NCBI GenBank assembly: GCA_002254605.1
Contig: NKPV01000001.1
Coordinates: 1-58,422, forward strand
Reading direction: 5' to 3'
Source: Armatimonadetes bacterium JP3_11
GTDB lineage: Bacteria > Armatimonadota > Fimbriimonadia > Fimbriimonadales > GBS-DC
Length of the DNA: 58,422 nt
Shown here: positions 1-9,639 of the stretch, piece after piece
Position numbering within the stretch: the stretch's first letter is position 1
Layout of the letters: each line of letters begins with the position of its first letter
The notes under the pieces: generated by a model
Database searches by the model: none
What the model was told of the DNA's origin: nothing
Seen by the model: only the letters and a program-made list of their open reading frames with translations
Made by a program: the position numbers and the translations under genes

Positions 1-1
1 G

Positions 2-2023
2 ACGCTCGCCGAGCACCTACTGTATATAGCGGGACATATCGACCGAATCGGCACGATTGAAGCGGGCAACACGACCTCGGACTTCGACCCCGAAGAGCAG
101 CGCCGTAAAATCAGCCTCAGCACGGCATTACTGCCCATCGAGTGGGACGGGTATAAGATAAACTTGCTGGACACGCCCGGCTTCCCCGATTTCATCGGCG
201 AGCTCTATAACACTTTGCAAGTGGTGGATGCCGTCGTGCTGGTGGCACCCGCTCAGGCGGAGTTGGAGGTCGGCTTCGAAAACGCTTGGGAGCTCTGCGA
301 GGCGCGGAAACTGCCCCGTTTCATCTTCGTCAACAAAATGGAGCGCGATGGGGCGGACTACCGCGGGCTGGTGAACCATCTCCGCAGCCTCTACGGCAAC
401 CGCATCGTGCCCTTGCAAGTGCCCATCGGCGCAGAGACGCAGTTCAAAGGCGTCGTCGATGTGCTGCATCAGAAAGCGTACTTGGGCAAGGATCGCGACA
501 TCACCCCGTCGCCTATCCCCGAGGATGTACAAGCGCTGGTCGAACGCGCCCGCGAGCTGCTGATGGAAGCCGCCGCCGAAACCGATGATGCCCTGCTGGA
601 AAAATACCTCGGCGGCGATACCCTCACGGATGAGGAACTCGTTCATGCGTTCCATGAGGGCGTGCGCACAGGACAGATTGTGCCCGTGCTGTGCGGTTCC
701 GCAGCGCTGGGCGAAGGGCTGGCTCCTCTGCTGCAGGCAATTGTCGAACTTGCGCCCAGCCCCGCCGAAGCCCCCGCACCCATCGCCAAAGACCTGCGCA
801 AGGACGAACTCATCGAACTCAAACCCGACCCCAACGCGCCCTTAGCGGCATTTGTCTTCAAAACGACTGCTGACCCATTCGTGGGTAAACTGACCTTCTT
901 CCGCGTCTACTCGGGCACGCTCAAAGGCGACTCGCAGGTCTACAACGCCCAAAAAGAACGCGACGAGCGCATCGGACAGGTGTTCTATATGCGCGGCAAG
1001 AACCAGATCGCCACGACCGAAGTACGCGCAGGCGATATCGGTGTTGTGGCGAAGCTGCAGGAGACCGGCACAGGGCATACCCTCTGCGATAAGAGCCGTC
1101 CCGTTGCCATCGAGCCGATCAAAATGCCCGAACCGATCTACACGGTTGCTGTTGTCGCCAAGTCCAAAGCCGATGAAGACCGCTTGGGACCTGCGCTCGC
1201 CCGCTTGCAGGAGGAAGACCCCACTTTCCATGCCCGACGTGACCCAGAAACCGGACAGACTCTGCTCTCGGGCATGGGCGACCTGCACCTGGAGGTGATT
1301 ATCGAAAAGCTCAAGCGTAAGTTCAACACCGAAGTGGAGACTGTGGAGTTGCGCATCCCCTACCGCGAAACGATTAGCCGCCCTGTGCAGCGCGTGGAGG
1401 GTAAGTTCAAGCGTCAAACGGGCGGGCGCGGACAGTACGGACACTGCTTTATCAACATGGAGCCGCTGCCACGCGGTTCCGGAATCGAATTCACCGAGAG
1501 CATCGTCGGCGGCGCAATCCCCAAAAACTACATCCCCGCCATCGAGAAAGGCATTCGCGAAGCCGCTGAAAAGGGCATCCTGGCGGGCTTCCCTGTAACG
1601 GACTTTAAAGTTAATGTGGTGGATGGCTCCTACCATGAGGTGGACTCGTCCGATCAGGCGTTCCGCATCGCGGGCAGCCTCGCTTTTCAAGAGGCAGCGG
1701 TGAAAGCAACGCCCGTGATTCTGGAGCCTATTTTAGAAGTGGAGGTCGATGTGCCCGAAGCCTTCACGGGCGATGTGATGGGCGACCTGAACGGCAGGCG
1801 CGGACGTATCTTGGGTATCGAGAGCCTGGGCAACGGCAGACAGCGGATTCACGCCAATGTGCCCATGAACGAGATGACCCGCTATGCGCTGGAGTTGCGC
1901 TCCATCACGCGCGGACGAGGACGGTTCCGCACCCGTTTCTCCCACTACGAGGAGGCACCGCCCAATGTCGCGCAGCCGCTCATCGAGAAATACAAGCGCG
2001 AACGCGAAGCCCAGGAACACTAA
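2..2023 (+). CDS. Elongation factor G-family translational GTPase, 5' end outside window
   Basis: Frame is open from nt 2 (TLAEHLLYIAGHIDRIGTIEAGNTTSDFDPEEQRRKISL...LLDTPGFPDF, the EF-G G-domain region). The ORF-track start at 164 is an internal TTG. Later EF-G domains are recognisable (GMGDLHLEVI, QTGGRGQYGH, DGSYHEVDSS). Stop TAA 2021-2023. Confidence 0.9.
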   Translation, partial: TLAEHLLYIAGHIDRIGTIEAGNTTSDFDPEEQRRKISLSTALLPIEWDGYKINLLDTPGFPDFIGELYNTLQVVDAVVLVAPAQAELEVGFENAWELCEARKLPRFIFVNKMERDGADYRGLVNHLRSLYGNRIVPLQVPIGAETQFKGVVDVLHQKAYLGKDRDITPSPIPEDVQALVERARELLMEAAAETDDALLEKYLGGDTLTDEELVHAFHEGVRTGQIVPVLCGSAALGEGLAPLLQAIVELAPSPAEAPAPIAKDLRKDELIELKPDPNAPLAAFVFKTTADPFVGKLTFFRVYSGTLKGDSQVYNAQKERDERIGQVFYMRGKNQIATTEVRAGDIGVVAKLQETGTGHTLCDKSRPVAIEPIKMPEPIYTVAVVAKSKADEDRLGPALARLQEEDPTFHARRDPETGQTLLSGMGDLHLEVIIEKLKRKFNTEVETVELRIPYRETISRPVQRVEGKFKRQTGGRGQYGHCFINMEPLPRGSGIEFTESIVGGAIPKNYIPAIEKGIREAAEKGILAGFPVTDFKVNVVDGSYHEVDSSDQAFRIAGSLAFQEAAVKATPVILEPILEVEVDVPEAFTGDVMGDLNGRRGRILGIESLGNGRQRIHANVPMNEMTRYALELRSITRGRGRFRTRFSHYEEAPPNVAQPLIEKYKREREAQEH

Positions 2024-2040
2024 GCGATGTAGCGGTGCAT

Positions 2041-2071
2041 CACCCCTCTCCCCAGTTGTGGGAGAGGGGTG
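2041..2071. repeat. GC-rich palindromic element between convergent genes (12-bp stem CACCCCTCTCCC/GGGAGAGGGGTG, 7-nt loop)
   Basis: Perfect inverted repeat 2041-2052 / 2060-2071, 17 nt after the EF-G stop and 20 nt before the stop of the convergent YeeE-like gene. No T-tract. The GGGAGAGGGG motif recurs in the array at 58.2-58.4 kb. Confidence 0.7.
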
Positions 2072-2091
2072 GTAGGTTCATACCTCGGCGT

Positions 2092-2643
2092 TTATTGCGT
2101 GCGTGCTTTTGCCTCCAGCCGATTCAACCAGAACACGATACCGCCCAGCATCGCCGCCATCACCAGCGCAGTGGGCAGGTAGGGCAGATGGAGCGTTTCG
2201 TGCAGGGTCAGCTTGCCCAAATCCAGCGGTTTGATGAGCACTGGCTCCAGCGTGGGATAGGCAAGGATAAACACAAACGCGCCCAGCAGCCCGCCCAGAA
2301 CGGCGAGCACGCCATCGCGCACGCCACCGCCCAAGCCAATCAATGCCGTGCCTGGGCAGTAGCCCGCAATTGCCATCCCCACGCCGAAGATCAACCCGCC
2401 CACGAGAACACCCCACACATAGAGCGATTTCACCTTCAGGTGTGCATATTCTGGCGCGAAGGTCGCCAGCAGCGCCGCGCCCACCATCCCAACTGCGATC
2501 GCCGTGAGCATCACCTTAAGCATCGTGAAGTCACGGAACGCCAGCCCACGCATCACCAGCCCACAACGGCTGAATCCTGCACGATGCAACGCAAAGCCAA
2601 AGAGTACACCCGTAATCAAACCCAGAATCTGTACGGTTTCCAT
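2092..2643 (-). CDS. YeeE/YedE-family (sulfur-transport-type) membrane protein, half-size
   Basis: Polytopic hydrophobic protein with a GYCPG motif (AIAGYCPGTALIG). Start moved to ATG 2643 (METVQILG...), which has AGGAGG 11 nt upstream. The ORF-track ATG at 2670 lies inside that SD and the upstream stop. Confidence 0.8.
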   Translation of the reverse strand: METVQILGLITGVLFGFALHRAGFSRCGLVMRGLAFRDFTMLKVMLTAIAVGMVGAALLATFAPEYAHLKVKSLYVWGVLVGGLIFGVGMAIAGYCPGTALIGLGGGVRDGVLAVLGGLLGAFVFILAYPTLEPVLIKPLDLGKLTLHETLHLPYLPTALVMAAMLGGIVFWLNRLEAKARTQ

Positions 2644-2659
2644 CTCGCTATTTACCTCC

Positions 2660-3220
2660 TTATGAGCCATTGGCGCGTTTGAGCAAAAGGCTCGCGGTCA
2701 GCACGCCCGTTGCGAACGCCGCCGCACCGAATAAAAACCCACTGAGCGCCAGTTGCGCAATCCCGCTGAGCATGTGCCCTGAAGTGCATCCACCTGCCAG
2801 GCGCGCCCCGAACAGGATGAGGAACCCGCCGACAAACGCCGCCAACCCGCGCCCCCACGAACTGCGGAACACATTCGGGAGATCACACGCAGCCGTGTTG
2901 CGCCCGCCCGGCAACACGCTGGAAAGCGCCGCCCCCAGCGCTAAACCGAGCACCAGCATCACTTCCCAACCGATTTTCGCGCCGATTTTCTGCAGGTAGG
3001 GCTGCGACTCGGCGAATCCAGGCACAATCTTGTCCACGAGCCACCCCACAAACTGGGGATAAGCCGTGGAGACGCCCAGCGGCTGTACAGTCGCTATCGC
3101 GAAGATCTGTACTAACCCAATCATCCCGCCCCAAATCAACCAGGGCGGCAACACCGAACGCGACGGCGCAACGGTCTCGCACGCCGTCTGAGGACGAACT
3201 TCTGCACGCTCTGTAACCAT
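2660..3220 (-). CDS. YeeE/YedE-family membrane protein, half-size (partner of 2092-2643)
   Basis: Contains [10 protein letters not shown], the conserved Cys loop of the family. Start ATG 3220 (MVTERAEV) is preceded by GGAGG. Its TAA stop (2660-2662) sits 17 nt before the next gene's ATG, consistent with a two-gene operon. Confidence 0.8.
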   Translation of the reverse strand: MVTERAEVRPQTACETVAPSRSVLPPWLIWGGMIGLVQIFAIATVQPLGVSTAYPQFVGWLVDKIVPGFAESQPYLQKIGAKIGWEVMLVLGLALGAALSSVLPGGRNTAACDLPNVFRSSWGRGLAAFVGGFLILFGARLAGGCTSGHMLSGIAQLALSGFLFGAAAFATGVLTASLLLKRANGS

Positions 3221-3325
3221 CTTGCGGATACCTCCGTAGAGGTTAGAGGCAGGTTGCAGCCGAAACGATTCACGGGATCTTGCAGAACGCAACTATGGTG
3301 TATAATACAGCTGGAGGTACACACC

Positions 3326-4228
3326 ATGCGAACTGCGTACAGAGGTTTCACTCTGATAGAGCTGTTGGTAGTCATCGCAATTATCGCCATCCTGGCGGCA
3401 ATCCTTTTCCCTGTGTTTGCACAGGCAAGAGAAAAGGCGCGCCAAACGCAATGCCTTTCGAACTTACGGCAAAACATTCAGTCGGTTTTGATGTATGTAA
3501 ACGATTACGACGCGATGTATCCGCGCGGGATTAGCGGTGAGGGGACGCTCATTGTCCATCTGTTTGATGTGCTCCATCCCTACCGCAAGAGCGCGGAGAT
3601 ACTTACCTGCCCCTCATACCCCAATGCCGACAACGGCATGGACTGGCAAGCGCGTCTGCGGCATCGCAATAGCTCGAACCGCGCCGTAGGCACATTCCGA
3701 TACTTTGCTTTTGTGCCCAACTACGGCGTGTTCAGCTTGTTCACATGTCGCATTAGCACCATCGGCTATCGCAACGAAGGGAAGCTCATCAACGAGGCGT
3801 ATGTTCCCCGTCCTGCCGATACTATTGCGCTCGTCGATGGCTATTGGTACTACAACGCGGGCACCTACTGGTTCGAATACTGGTTCAAGACCGATATTTG
3901 GCCCCGTCACCATCTGGGAAGCAATATCGCCTATTTAGACGGGCATGTGAAATGGTCGCATCATCTTGGCGTACCCCGCGGCGGCGATATTCCGCCTGCG
4001 TGGCGTCAGAACTTCTCCGGCGTCTGCCCACAACGCAATACCACCACCTACTACTTCTTCAATTATCCGCCCGGTTGGAACAACCGCACTCCCAAAAACG
4101 AGGGCGAGTTTAACACGGTCAATCCGCATGGGCAGTGCTTCGGCGACTTCTTTGGCATCCCCGACACGCCGGTCGTGAATGTGTGTGAGCGCACTTGTGG
4201 CTCTACAACAACCTCCATCTGCTGGTAG
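3326..4228 (+). CDS. Prepilin-type N-terminal cleavage/methylation protein, DUF1559 / H-X9-DG type
   Basis: N-terminus [49 protein letters not shown] is the class-III signal plus conserved helix. H-X9-DG motif present ([16 protein letters not shown]). GGAGGT lies 7 nt upstream; TATAAT at 3301-3306. Confidence 0.85.
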   Translation: MRTAYRGFTLIELLVVIAIIAILAAILFPVFAQAREKARQTQCLSNLRQNIQSVLMYVNDYDAMYPRGISGEGTLIVHLFDVLHPYRKSAEILTCPSYPNADNGMDWQARLRHRNSSNRAVGTFRYFAFVPNYGVFSLFTCRISTIGYRNEGKLINEAYVPRPADTIALVDGYWYYNAGTYWFEYWFKTDIWPRHHLGSNIAYLDGHVKWSHHLGVPRGGDIPPAWRQNFSGVCPQRNTTTYYFFNYPPGWNNRTPKNEGEFNTVNPHGQCFGDFFGIPDTPVVNVCERTCGSTTTSICW

Positions 4229-4264
4229 TCTCTTCACGGATTTATTGTGGGTTAGGTATAATTA

Positions 4265-4297
4265 GGTGTGTTGTTTGAGTGACTCAGGCAACACACC
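4265..4297 (+). other. Long hairpin in the predicted 5' leader of the small beta-barrel gene
   Basis: GGTGTGTTG (4265-4273) pairs perfectly with CAACACACC (4289-4297). The 15-nt loop contains a second 5-bp palindrome, TGAGT-G-ACTCA. It lies between TATAAT (4257-4262) and the AAGGAGGG SD (about 4309). Confidence 0.4.
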
Positions 4298-4322
4298 ATC
4301 ACATCACAAGGAGGGTATCTGT

Positions 4323-4826
4323 ATGATGCACAAGGGACTGTTGTCTGTCGCGGCGGCGCTAATTGGGACGCTCGCACTGGCGACGCCGGCTCCTGCGCAA
4401 GATTCGGCTCTGCAGGGGTTCACCATTAACGCGGGCATTTTCTACCCCAGCAAGAAGAGCGTGCGCGACGCCTCGGAAGACATCTGGTTCAGCGTGGATT
4501 TGGGCTACACCTTCCAGACCAGCGAGCCGACCGCCTCGGGCTACTACTACGATCTGGGCGCCTCAGTAGGCTACAAGGGCGCTGGCGACACTTACTATAT
4601 TCCTGTCCACCTGACCTTCACAGGCTACCTGAACGAGCAGTTCTTCTATCGCGCGGGCGCGGGCGTTGGGTTCCCCAAAAGTGGCGACGCCGCGTTCTCG
4701 TACGCAGTGGAACTGGGTTATAACTTCAACGCAGGAACCACGCCGATTGCCCTGACGGTCGGTTATGCAGGCATCCAGCGCGGCGATGTGAACGGCATCA
4801 CCGTCGGACTGCAGTTCAAGTTCTAA
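4323..4826 (+). CDS. Small outer-membrane beta-barrel-type protein (about 167 aa)
   Basis: Signal peptide MMHKGLLSVAAALIGTLALATPAPAQ. Alternating aromatic/Gly-rich strands (GASVGYKG, YRAGAGVGF, ELGYNF) and a C-terminal ...GLQFKF ending in Phe, typical of an OMP beta-signal. AAGGAGGG SD upstream. Confidence 0.6.
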   Translation: MMHKGLLSVAAALIGTLALATPAPAQDSALQGFTINAGIFYPSKKSVRDASEDIWFSVDLGYTFQTSEPTASGYYYDLGASVGYKGAGDTYYIPVHLTFTGYLNEQFFYRAGAGVGFPKSGDAAFSYAVELGYNFNAGTTPIALTVGYAGIQRGDVNGITVGLQFKF

Positions 4827-4849
4827 CCCCTCGGACGTTCAGGTTCTTC

Positions 4850-4886
4850 AAAAAAATCCCCCTACCAATCGGTAGGGGGATTTTTT
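4850..4886 (+). terminator. Rho-independent terminator (bidirectional shape)
   Basis: A7 tract, then an 11-bp stem ATCCCCCTACC/GGTAGGGGGAT with loop AATC, then T6 (4881-4886), 24 nt after the stop at 4826. Confidence 0.85.
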
Positions 4887-4988
4887 AAGGAAGGAAGGTA
4901 CTCTCCACCCCTATAAGACTCAGTCGCCCTTCAAAAGCGGACATCGCGCTCTGAAACACCGCATTTGTGCCTGCGTCTAACGGTATGT

Positions 4989-5603
4989 ATGCATCGCAAG
5001 GCACGGTTTCGCGGCTTTACGCTGATGGAGTTGCTGGTGGTCATCGCGCTGATTGCGCTACTTGCGGCGATTCTGTTGCCTGTGTTGTTGAGCGCGCGTC
5101 GCGGCACGCAGCGCACGGTGTGTATTTCGAACCTGCGTCAAGTAGGGCTTGCGGTGCGGATGTACCGTGACGACTATCAGGAGCTGCCCCCGTACCTTTC
5201 CGCTATACGCGCCTATGCGGGCGACCCGCGTATCTTTGTGTGCCCGGTAGACCCTCTGGAAGGGAAGCATCAGGTGCAAGATACGCTGGGCGATGCGTTT
5301 CGGTTGGAGGGGGCTTACTATCTGCCCAGTGGGGTGAGCTATACCTATGTGCCGAACTGGGCGGTGGCGCGGCAGCTGGGTTGGTGGCACGCGGGACCTC
5401 CGTATGGCGAGGGCAAATGGGGCGAGCTGACACCCCTGTCCGAATGCCACTGGCACTGGGCAAGGCAGTTCAACCCCCAATGGCAGACCGACCGCGTTTC
5501 AGGCGCGCGCGGCTGGGTGCTGGTGTTAACCCTCAACGGCGCCGTGCGGCGCCTCCGCGCCGAGACGCCCCCAGAAGCGTTCACGCCCGAACTCTACCGC
5601 TAA
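4989..5603 (+). CDS. Prepilin-type N-terminal cleavage/methylation protein (DUF1559-like, degenerate C-terminal motif)
   Basis: MHRKARFRGFTLMELLVVIALIALLAAILLPVLLSARRGTQRTVCISNLRQ. The C-terminal ...VLVLTLNGAVRRL occupies the place of the LDGHV motif but lacks the His. Start ATG 4989 chosen over the GTG at 4965. Confidence 0.75.
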   Translation: MHRKARFRGFTLMELLVVIALIALLAAILLPVLLSARRGTQRTVCISNLRQVGLAVRMYRDDYQELPPYLSAIRAYAGDPRIFVCPVDPLEGKHQVQDTLGDAFRLEGAYYLPSGVSYTYVPNWAVARQLGWWHAGPPYGEGKWGELTPLSECHWHWARQFNPQWQTDRVSGARGWVLVLTLNGAVRRLRAETPPEAFTPELYR

Positions 5604-7408
5604 CGCACCTGACGCATGCGCTCTAAAAACCGCTTCGCGTTTTCGAACCCTGTCAGGCGTAGGTCGCGCCGCTCGTTGCCTTGCGAATCGATGAAGATGA
5701 CGGTCGGCAGACCCACTACCTCGTGGCGTTTGAGCGCCTCTTGCACCGCAGGGTCGCTCTCGGTGGTGGCGTCCAGCACCAAGCGCACGAACCGTTCCGA
5801 CTCCTGCACCACAGCAGGGTCGGTGAAGGTATAGTGTTTGAGTTCGCCGCATGCCTGACACCAACTCGCCGTGAAGTCGATAAGTACGGGTTTCCTGTCC
5901 GCCTTCGCTTGCTCCAATAACGCCATGCTATAGGGTTGCCACGCGATTTCCGCCTTTGGGCGCATCATCGAGAGGGCATTATTCACCATCAGCGCCGCGA
6001 ACACGAGACCAATCACTTGCTTGAAGCGTACCACACGGGGTTGGGTAATCTCCTTGCGTTCGCCGAAGAGGAAATAGAGCGCCGTTAGCCCCAGAAACAC
6101 GACCCACGCCCAGCCATACATCTGGGGAGACATCAGGCTATTGGCAAAAAAGAGCGCAACGGCTAACAGCATCACGCCGAAGAGACGCTCCACTAAAATC
6201 GTCCATTCACCGGAGCGGGGAATTCGCTTTTGCACACGCTCATAAAACAGCCCCGCCACAAAGTAGGGCGCTCCCAGCCCCAGCCCCAGCGCCAGAAAGA
6301 ACAGGAACCCCACCATCGGGTTCGCTGTCGCCGCCACGATGGGTATCAGCGCGGCGATTACAGGTCCAATACACGGCGCCGCCGCGACACCTGCCAGCAT
6401 ACCCATCAGAATCGCGCCCACCCAGCCCTGACGCGCCCCCACATACCGCATCAACGCAGGCGGTACCTGAAACTTGTAGACCCCAAACAACGCCAACGCA
6501 AACAGCACAATCAACACAATCAAGCCGCCCAGCACCCACGGATTCTGAAACTGGAAACCGAACGCCTTGCCGGCAAGCGACGCCGCAGTACCCAAAAGTG
6601 CATACATCGCTGCCATGCTCAGCGCATACAACGCGCTCAGCCCTACACGCTGCCCTGTCTGACCCCGCGCCTGCATACTGAAAAAACCCAGTGTGATGGG
6701 AATTAGAGGCAGCACGCACGGCGTCAGATTCAACGCCAACCCGCCTGCAAAGAGAATCAGTGTGAACCAGACCCATCGCCCTGTGCGGAACGATTCTTCC
6801 AAACTTCCCGCCAAGCCGCCCGAACCTGCACCGTATTCGATTAGTCCACTCGCGCTCTTGGCGTCCTCGGAGGCAGTTTCGCTGCCCTTGAGCGCCTCCT
6901 GATACTTAGGATTCACCGCGCCCTCCTTATCCGCGACAGGAATCTCGATTTCAATCGGCACGGTACGCGGCGGATAACAAGCGTTGTCGTCGCACGCTTG
7001 GTAGCGCAGCGTGGCTTTGATCGTCATCGGGTGCTTCGGGACATTTTTATCCAGCTTAATCTGGAACTTAAGTGGGGTGCGTCCCTCCAGAATCTTAATC
7101 GGCTTGCCCTCCGAAAATGCGAACGCCTTCTCCTTGGGTTTGGGATACTGGATTTTGCCGACGCGGTAGCCTTTGCCCGCTTCAATCTTGAGCTCTGTTG
7201 GGATAAGGTAGTCTTCCGAAGCGGGGTTGGCGTTCACATGATAGGGAGGGTCAATCTGCATAAGCACCACACCGTTCACGGTGGCGCCCGGCGCATAGGC
7301 AACGCGCTCCAGAATCACTTCCGTCTTGAACGAAACCTGCCGCAGTTGCGCCGAAGCGGTTCCAAGCAGCAATATTCCCAGCAACCCCAGCAAGCATCGG
7401 CGTTTCAT
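5600..7408 (-). CDS. dsbD: Thiol:disulfide interchange protein DsbD (three-domain)
   Basis: Signal peptide and an N-terminal DsbD-alpha-like domain (YQACDDNACYPP). Central cytochrome-c-biogenesis-type membrane domain (NLTPCVLPLIP, AAPCIGP). C-terminal thioredoxin domain (FTASWCQACG). Its stop overlaps the convergent stop at 5601-5603. Confidence 0.9.
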   Translation of the reverse strand: MKRRCLLGLLGILLLGTASAQLRQVSFKTEVILERVAYAPGATVNGVVLMQIDPPYHVNANPASEDYLIPTELKIEAGKGYRVGKIQYPKPKEKAFAFSEGKPIKILEGRTPLKFQIKLDKNVPKHPMTIKATLRYQACDDNACYPPRTVPIEIEIPVADKEGAVNPKYQEALKGSETASEDAKSASGLIEYGAGSGGLAGSLEESFRTGRWVWFTLILFAGGLALNLTPCVLPLIPITLGFFSMQARGQTGQRVGLSALYALSMAAMYALLGTAASLAGKAFGFQFQNPWVLGGLIVLIVLFALALFGVYKFQVPPALMRYVGARQGWVGAILMGMLAGVAAAPCIGPVIAALIPIVAATANPMVGFLFFLALGLGLGAPYFVAGLFYERVQKRIPRSGEWTILVERLFGVMLLAVALFFANSLMSPQMYGWAWVVFLGLTALYFLFGERKEITQPRVVRFKQVIGLVFAALMVNNALSMMRPKAEIAWQPYSMALLEQAKADRKPVLIDFTASWCQACGELKHYTFTDPAVVQESERFVRLVLDATTESDPAVQEALKRHEVVGLPTVIFIDSQGNERRDLRLTGFENAKRFLERMRQVR

Positions 7409-7416
7409 GGCTAATA

Positions 7417-7422
7417 AGAATA
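7417..7422 (-). promoter_or_regulatory. -10-like box TATTCT, 8 nt upstream of the dsbD ATG (leaderless-type geometry)
   Basis: Minus strand reads GGGTATTCT-tattagcc-ATG. No GGAGG-like motif in the gap. Confidence 0.35.
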
Positions 7423-7517
7423 CCCTACGGAGCGTATGGAACGCCCCTGAAACCTTCTACTGGAAATGCCGACCAATGGCAGCAGGAGATCCCGCTCTCG
7501 CGTGGAACATTAATTAT

Positions 7518-8594
7518 ATGCGGATTCTCGGCTGGCTGCGCGGCATCGTCGCGTTGCTTGTGTGTTTGTTGCTGGGCGTCGATATGACGGTCGCTCAGGA
7601 GTTGGAATCCTACTTGAAAACCCGCGACGCGCACAAAATCAAGAGCGTGACGCCGATCGCCGCGCTGGAACTCGTAGTGGGCAAGCGCGTGCTGGAAGTG
7701 GAAGGCGTCGTGGTCGGCTCGGTTGCTGTCGATGGGGCGCAGTCGATTCTGTTGGAGGTTGAGCCAGGGCGCAGTATCGTGGTAGCGTTGGGCGAGGAGC
7801 ACGGCTGGCTCACACGCGGGCAACTTCGCATTCGCGCGATTGTCGCCGTGGAACGCGAGAGCGAGCTGGTGACGCCCACTTATCGCCTGCTGGACGCCGC
7901 GTTTGCCAGCACCGTCGCCAAGTGGGAAGCACGACAGCGCGCCCTGCAACATGCGAAAGCGCAGGCGCAAGCACCACCCCAGAAGCCTGCAGCCAGCCGT
8001 CCGCCGACACGCAGCACGAGCTTGAATAGTCGCGCCAATAGCACGGCGCGCCCGCCCCAGCGTCCCAACCCTGCGCCCGACTGGGAAACTTTTCGCTTGA
8101 ACCTAAGGCTCTACGTGCCCGAATACGCGCAGTTCATCCGCAGCCGCAACCCGCGCCTATCGCAACAGGAAGCCGACCAAATCGCTTGGGCAATCCTGCG
8201 CTTCAGCGCACACTACGGCGTCGACCCGCGCTTCATCGTGGCGATTGTGTTGGTGGAATCGGGCTTCAACCCCGACGCCACCTCGCGCAAAGGCGCCGCA
8301 GGACTGGGACAACTGATGCCCAGCACCGCACGCGGACTCGGCGTGGTCGACCCGTATGACCCCATTCAGAACTTGCACGGAACGGTAAAACTGGTGCGTG
8401 GGCATCTGGAGAGATACTGGGCGCAGACAGGCGACCCCAACGGCTGGGAGCATGTCGTCCTCACTTTAGCCGCCTATAATGCAGGCTCTGGCGCGGTGCG
8501 CAAGCACGGTGGGGTACCACCTTATCGGGAAACCCAAAACTATGTGCGCAAAGTCATCCGAGTCTACAAGCAGCTCTGCGGAATCCGTGAGTAG
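7518..8594 (+). CDS. Lytic transglycosylase (SLT domain) with N-terminal signal peptide and Pro/Ala-rich linker
   Basis: C-terminal SLT motifs VESGFNPDATSRKGAAGLGQLMPSTA and AAYNAGSGAV. Start placed at ATG 7518 (MRILGWLRGIVALLVCLLLGVDMTVAQ). The ORF-track start 7326 overlaps dsbD; ATG 7476 remains possible. Confidence 0.8.
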   Translation: MRILGWLRGIVALLVCLLLGVDMTVAQELESYLKTRDAHKIKSVTPIAALELVVGKRVLEVEGVVVGSVAVDGAQSILLEVEPGRSIVVALGEEHGWLTRGQLRIRAIVAVERESELVTPTYRLLDAAFASTVAKWEARQRALQHAKAQAQAPPQKPAASRPPTRSTSLNSRANSTARPPQRPNPAPDWETFRLNLRLYVPEYAQFIRSRNPRLSQQEADQIAWAILRFSAHYGVDPRFIVAIVLVESGFNPDATSRKGAAGLGQLMPSTARGLGVVDPYDPIQNLHGTVKLVRGHLERYWAQTGDPNGWEHVVLTLAAYNAGSGAVRKHGGVPPYRETQNYVRKVIRVYKQLCGIRE

Positions 8595-9093
8595 CTCGGG
8601 CGAGACGCTGACCATCGAGCGCATGACGGAGGCGCATCTGCCCGAAGTGATGCGCATCGAGCGAGAGGTGTTCATGCCCGGCTGGTCGGAAGAGGCGTTC
8701 CGGAGCGACCTGGGCAACCCCGCGGCGCTCTATCTCATCCTCCGTCTCAACGGCAAAATCGTCGCCTATGCAGGGATGTGGATGGTCATTGACGAGGCGC
8801 ACATCACCAATGTCGCCGTCAAGCCCGAATATCGCGGACGCCAATTCGCGAAACGCCTGATCCATCGCCTACTCAGCATCGCGCGCGAACGCGGCTGCGT
8901 GAAGGCGTTCCTCGAGGTGCGCATCAGCAACACCCCTGCCCAAAAACTCTACGAAAAGTTCGGTTTCCGCCCCGTCGCCGTGCGTGCGAAGTATTACGAT
9001 AACACCGAAGACGCCCTGATTATGTGGCTCGAAGGGCTGGACACGCCCGAATACGGACAACGTCTCCAGACAATTGAACAGGAGTTTCGGTAG
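8587..9093 (+). CDS. rimI: Ribosomal-protein-alanine N-acetyltransferase (GNAT, RimI-like)
   Basis: GNAT core ...HITNVAVKPEYRGRQFAKRLIHRLLSIARERG...LEVRISNTPAQKLYEKFGF. GTG 8587 overlaps the upstream stop (GTGAGTAG). ATG 8623 is an alternative start. Confidence 0.75.
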   Translation: MSSSGETLTIERMTEAHLPEVMRIEREVFMPGWSEEAFRSDLGNPAALYLILRLNGKIVAYAGMWMVIDEAHITNVAVKPEYRGRQFAKRLIHRLLSIARERGCVKAFLEVRISNTPAQKLYEKFGFRPVAVRAKYYDNTEDALIMWLEGLDTPEYGQRLQTIEQEFR

Positions 9094-9149
9094 GGATAGC
9101 TCCTCAAAGTTGGCATGTGCCGTGATAGACGCTTCGGTGCCTGCTGGGG

Positions 9150-9155
9150 TATAAT
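9150..9155 (+). promoter_or_regulatory. -10 box TATAAT, 9 nt upstream of the ccmE ATG (leaderless-type geometry)
   Basis: GGGGTATAAT-acactcgct-ATG. No SD motif. A weak -35 (TAGACG) sits 18 nt upstream. Confidence 0.45.
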
Positions 9156-9164
9156 ACACTCGCT

Positions 9165-9542
9165 ATGAAACTCGGTAGTATCGTTGCGCTTGTGTTGGTA
9201 ATTGCGGGGATTGTGTTTACCGCGCGAGCGTTCATTACGAACACCAGTCCTTATGTGAAGGTGAACCAACTCGAAACGCGCGGGCAGCATGTGCATCTCC
9301 CCCTGAAGCCCCTCCACGACACTGCTCAGTTCGATGTCAAGACCATGACGCTTACTTTTGAGGGCGAGGACGAAACAGGGCGTGTGAAAGTGGTGTACCC
9401 GAAGGGCAAACCGAACAACTTTGAAGCGGCAACACAGGTGGTCGCCATCGGCAGCTACAAAGACGGCGTGTTCTACGCGGAAGACATGTTGGTCAAGTGC
9501 CCCAGCAAGTACCAAGGCGACACCCAAACAGCGCAGAAATAA
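9165..9542 (+). CDS. ccmE: Cytochrome c maturation haem chaperone CcmE, CxxxY variant
   Basis: N-terminal membrane anchor MKLGSIVALVLVIAGIVF followed by an OB-fold-like region aligning to E. coli CcmE (LTFEGEDETGRVKVVYPKGKPNNFEAATQVVAIGSY). ...MLVKCPSKYQ occupies the place of ...LAKHDENYTP, so the haem-binding His is replaced by Cys. Confidence 0.75.
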   Translation: MKLGSIVALVLVIAGIVFTARAFITNTSPYVKVNQLETRGQHVHLPLKPLHDTAQFDVKTMTLTFEGEDETGRVKVVYPKGKPNNFEAATQVVAIGSYKDGVFYAEDMLVKCPSKYQGDTQTAQK

Positions 9543-9639
9543 GTGTCGCATCGTAGCACGGGCAAACATGCTCGTGCCCCAAAGTACAGCAGGGAACTGT
9601 CTGCATAGACATTTGTGTCTGTGCTATTGAGAGAGACCT

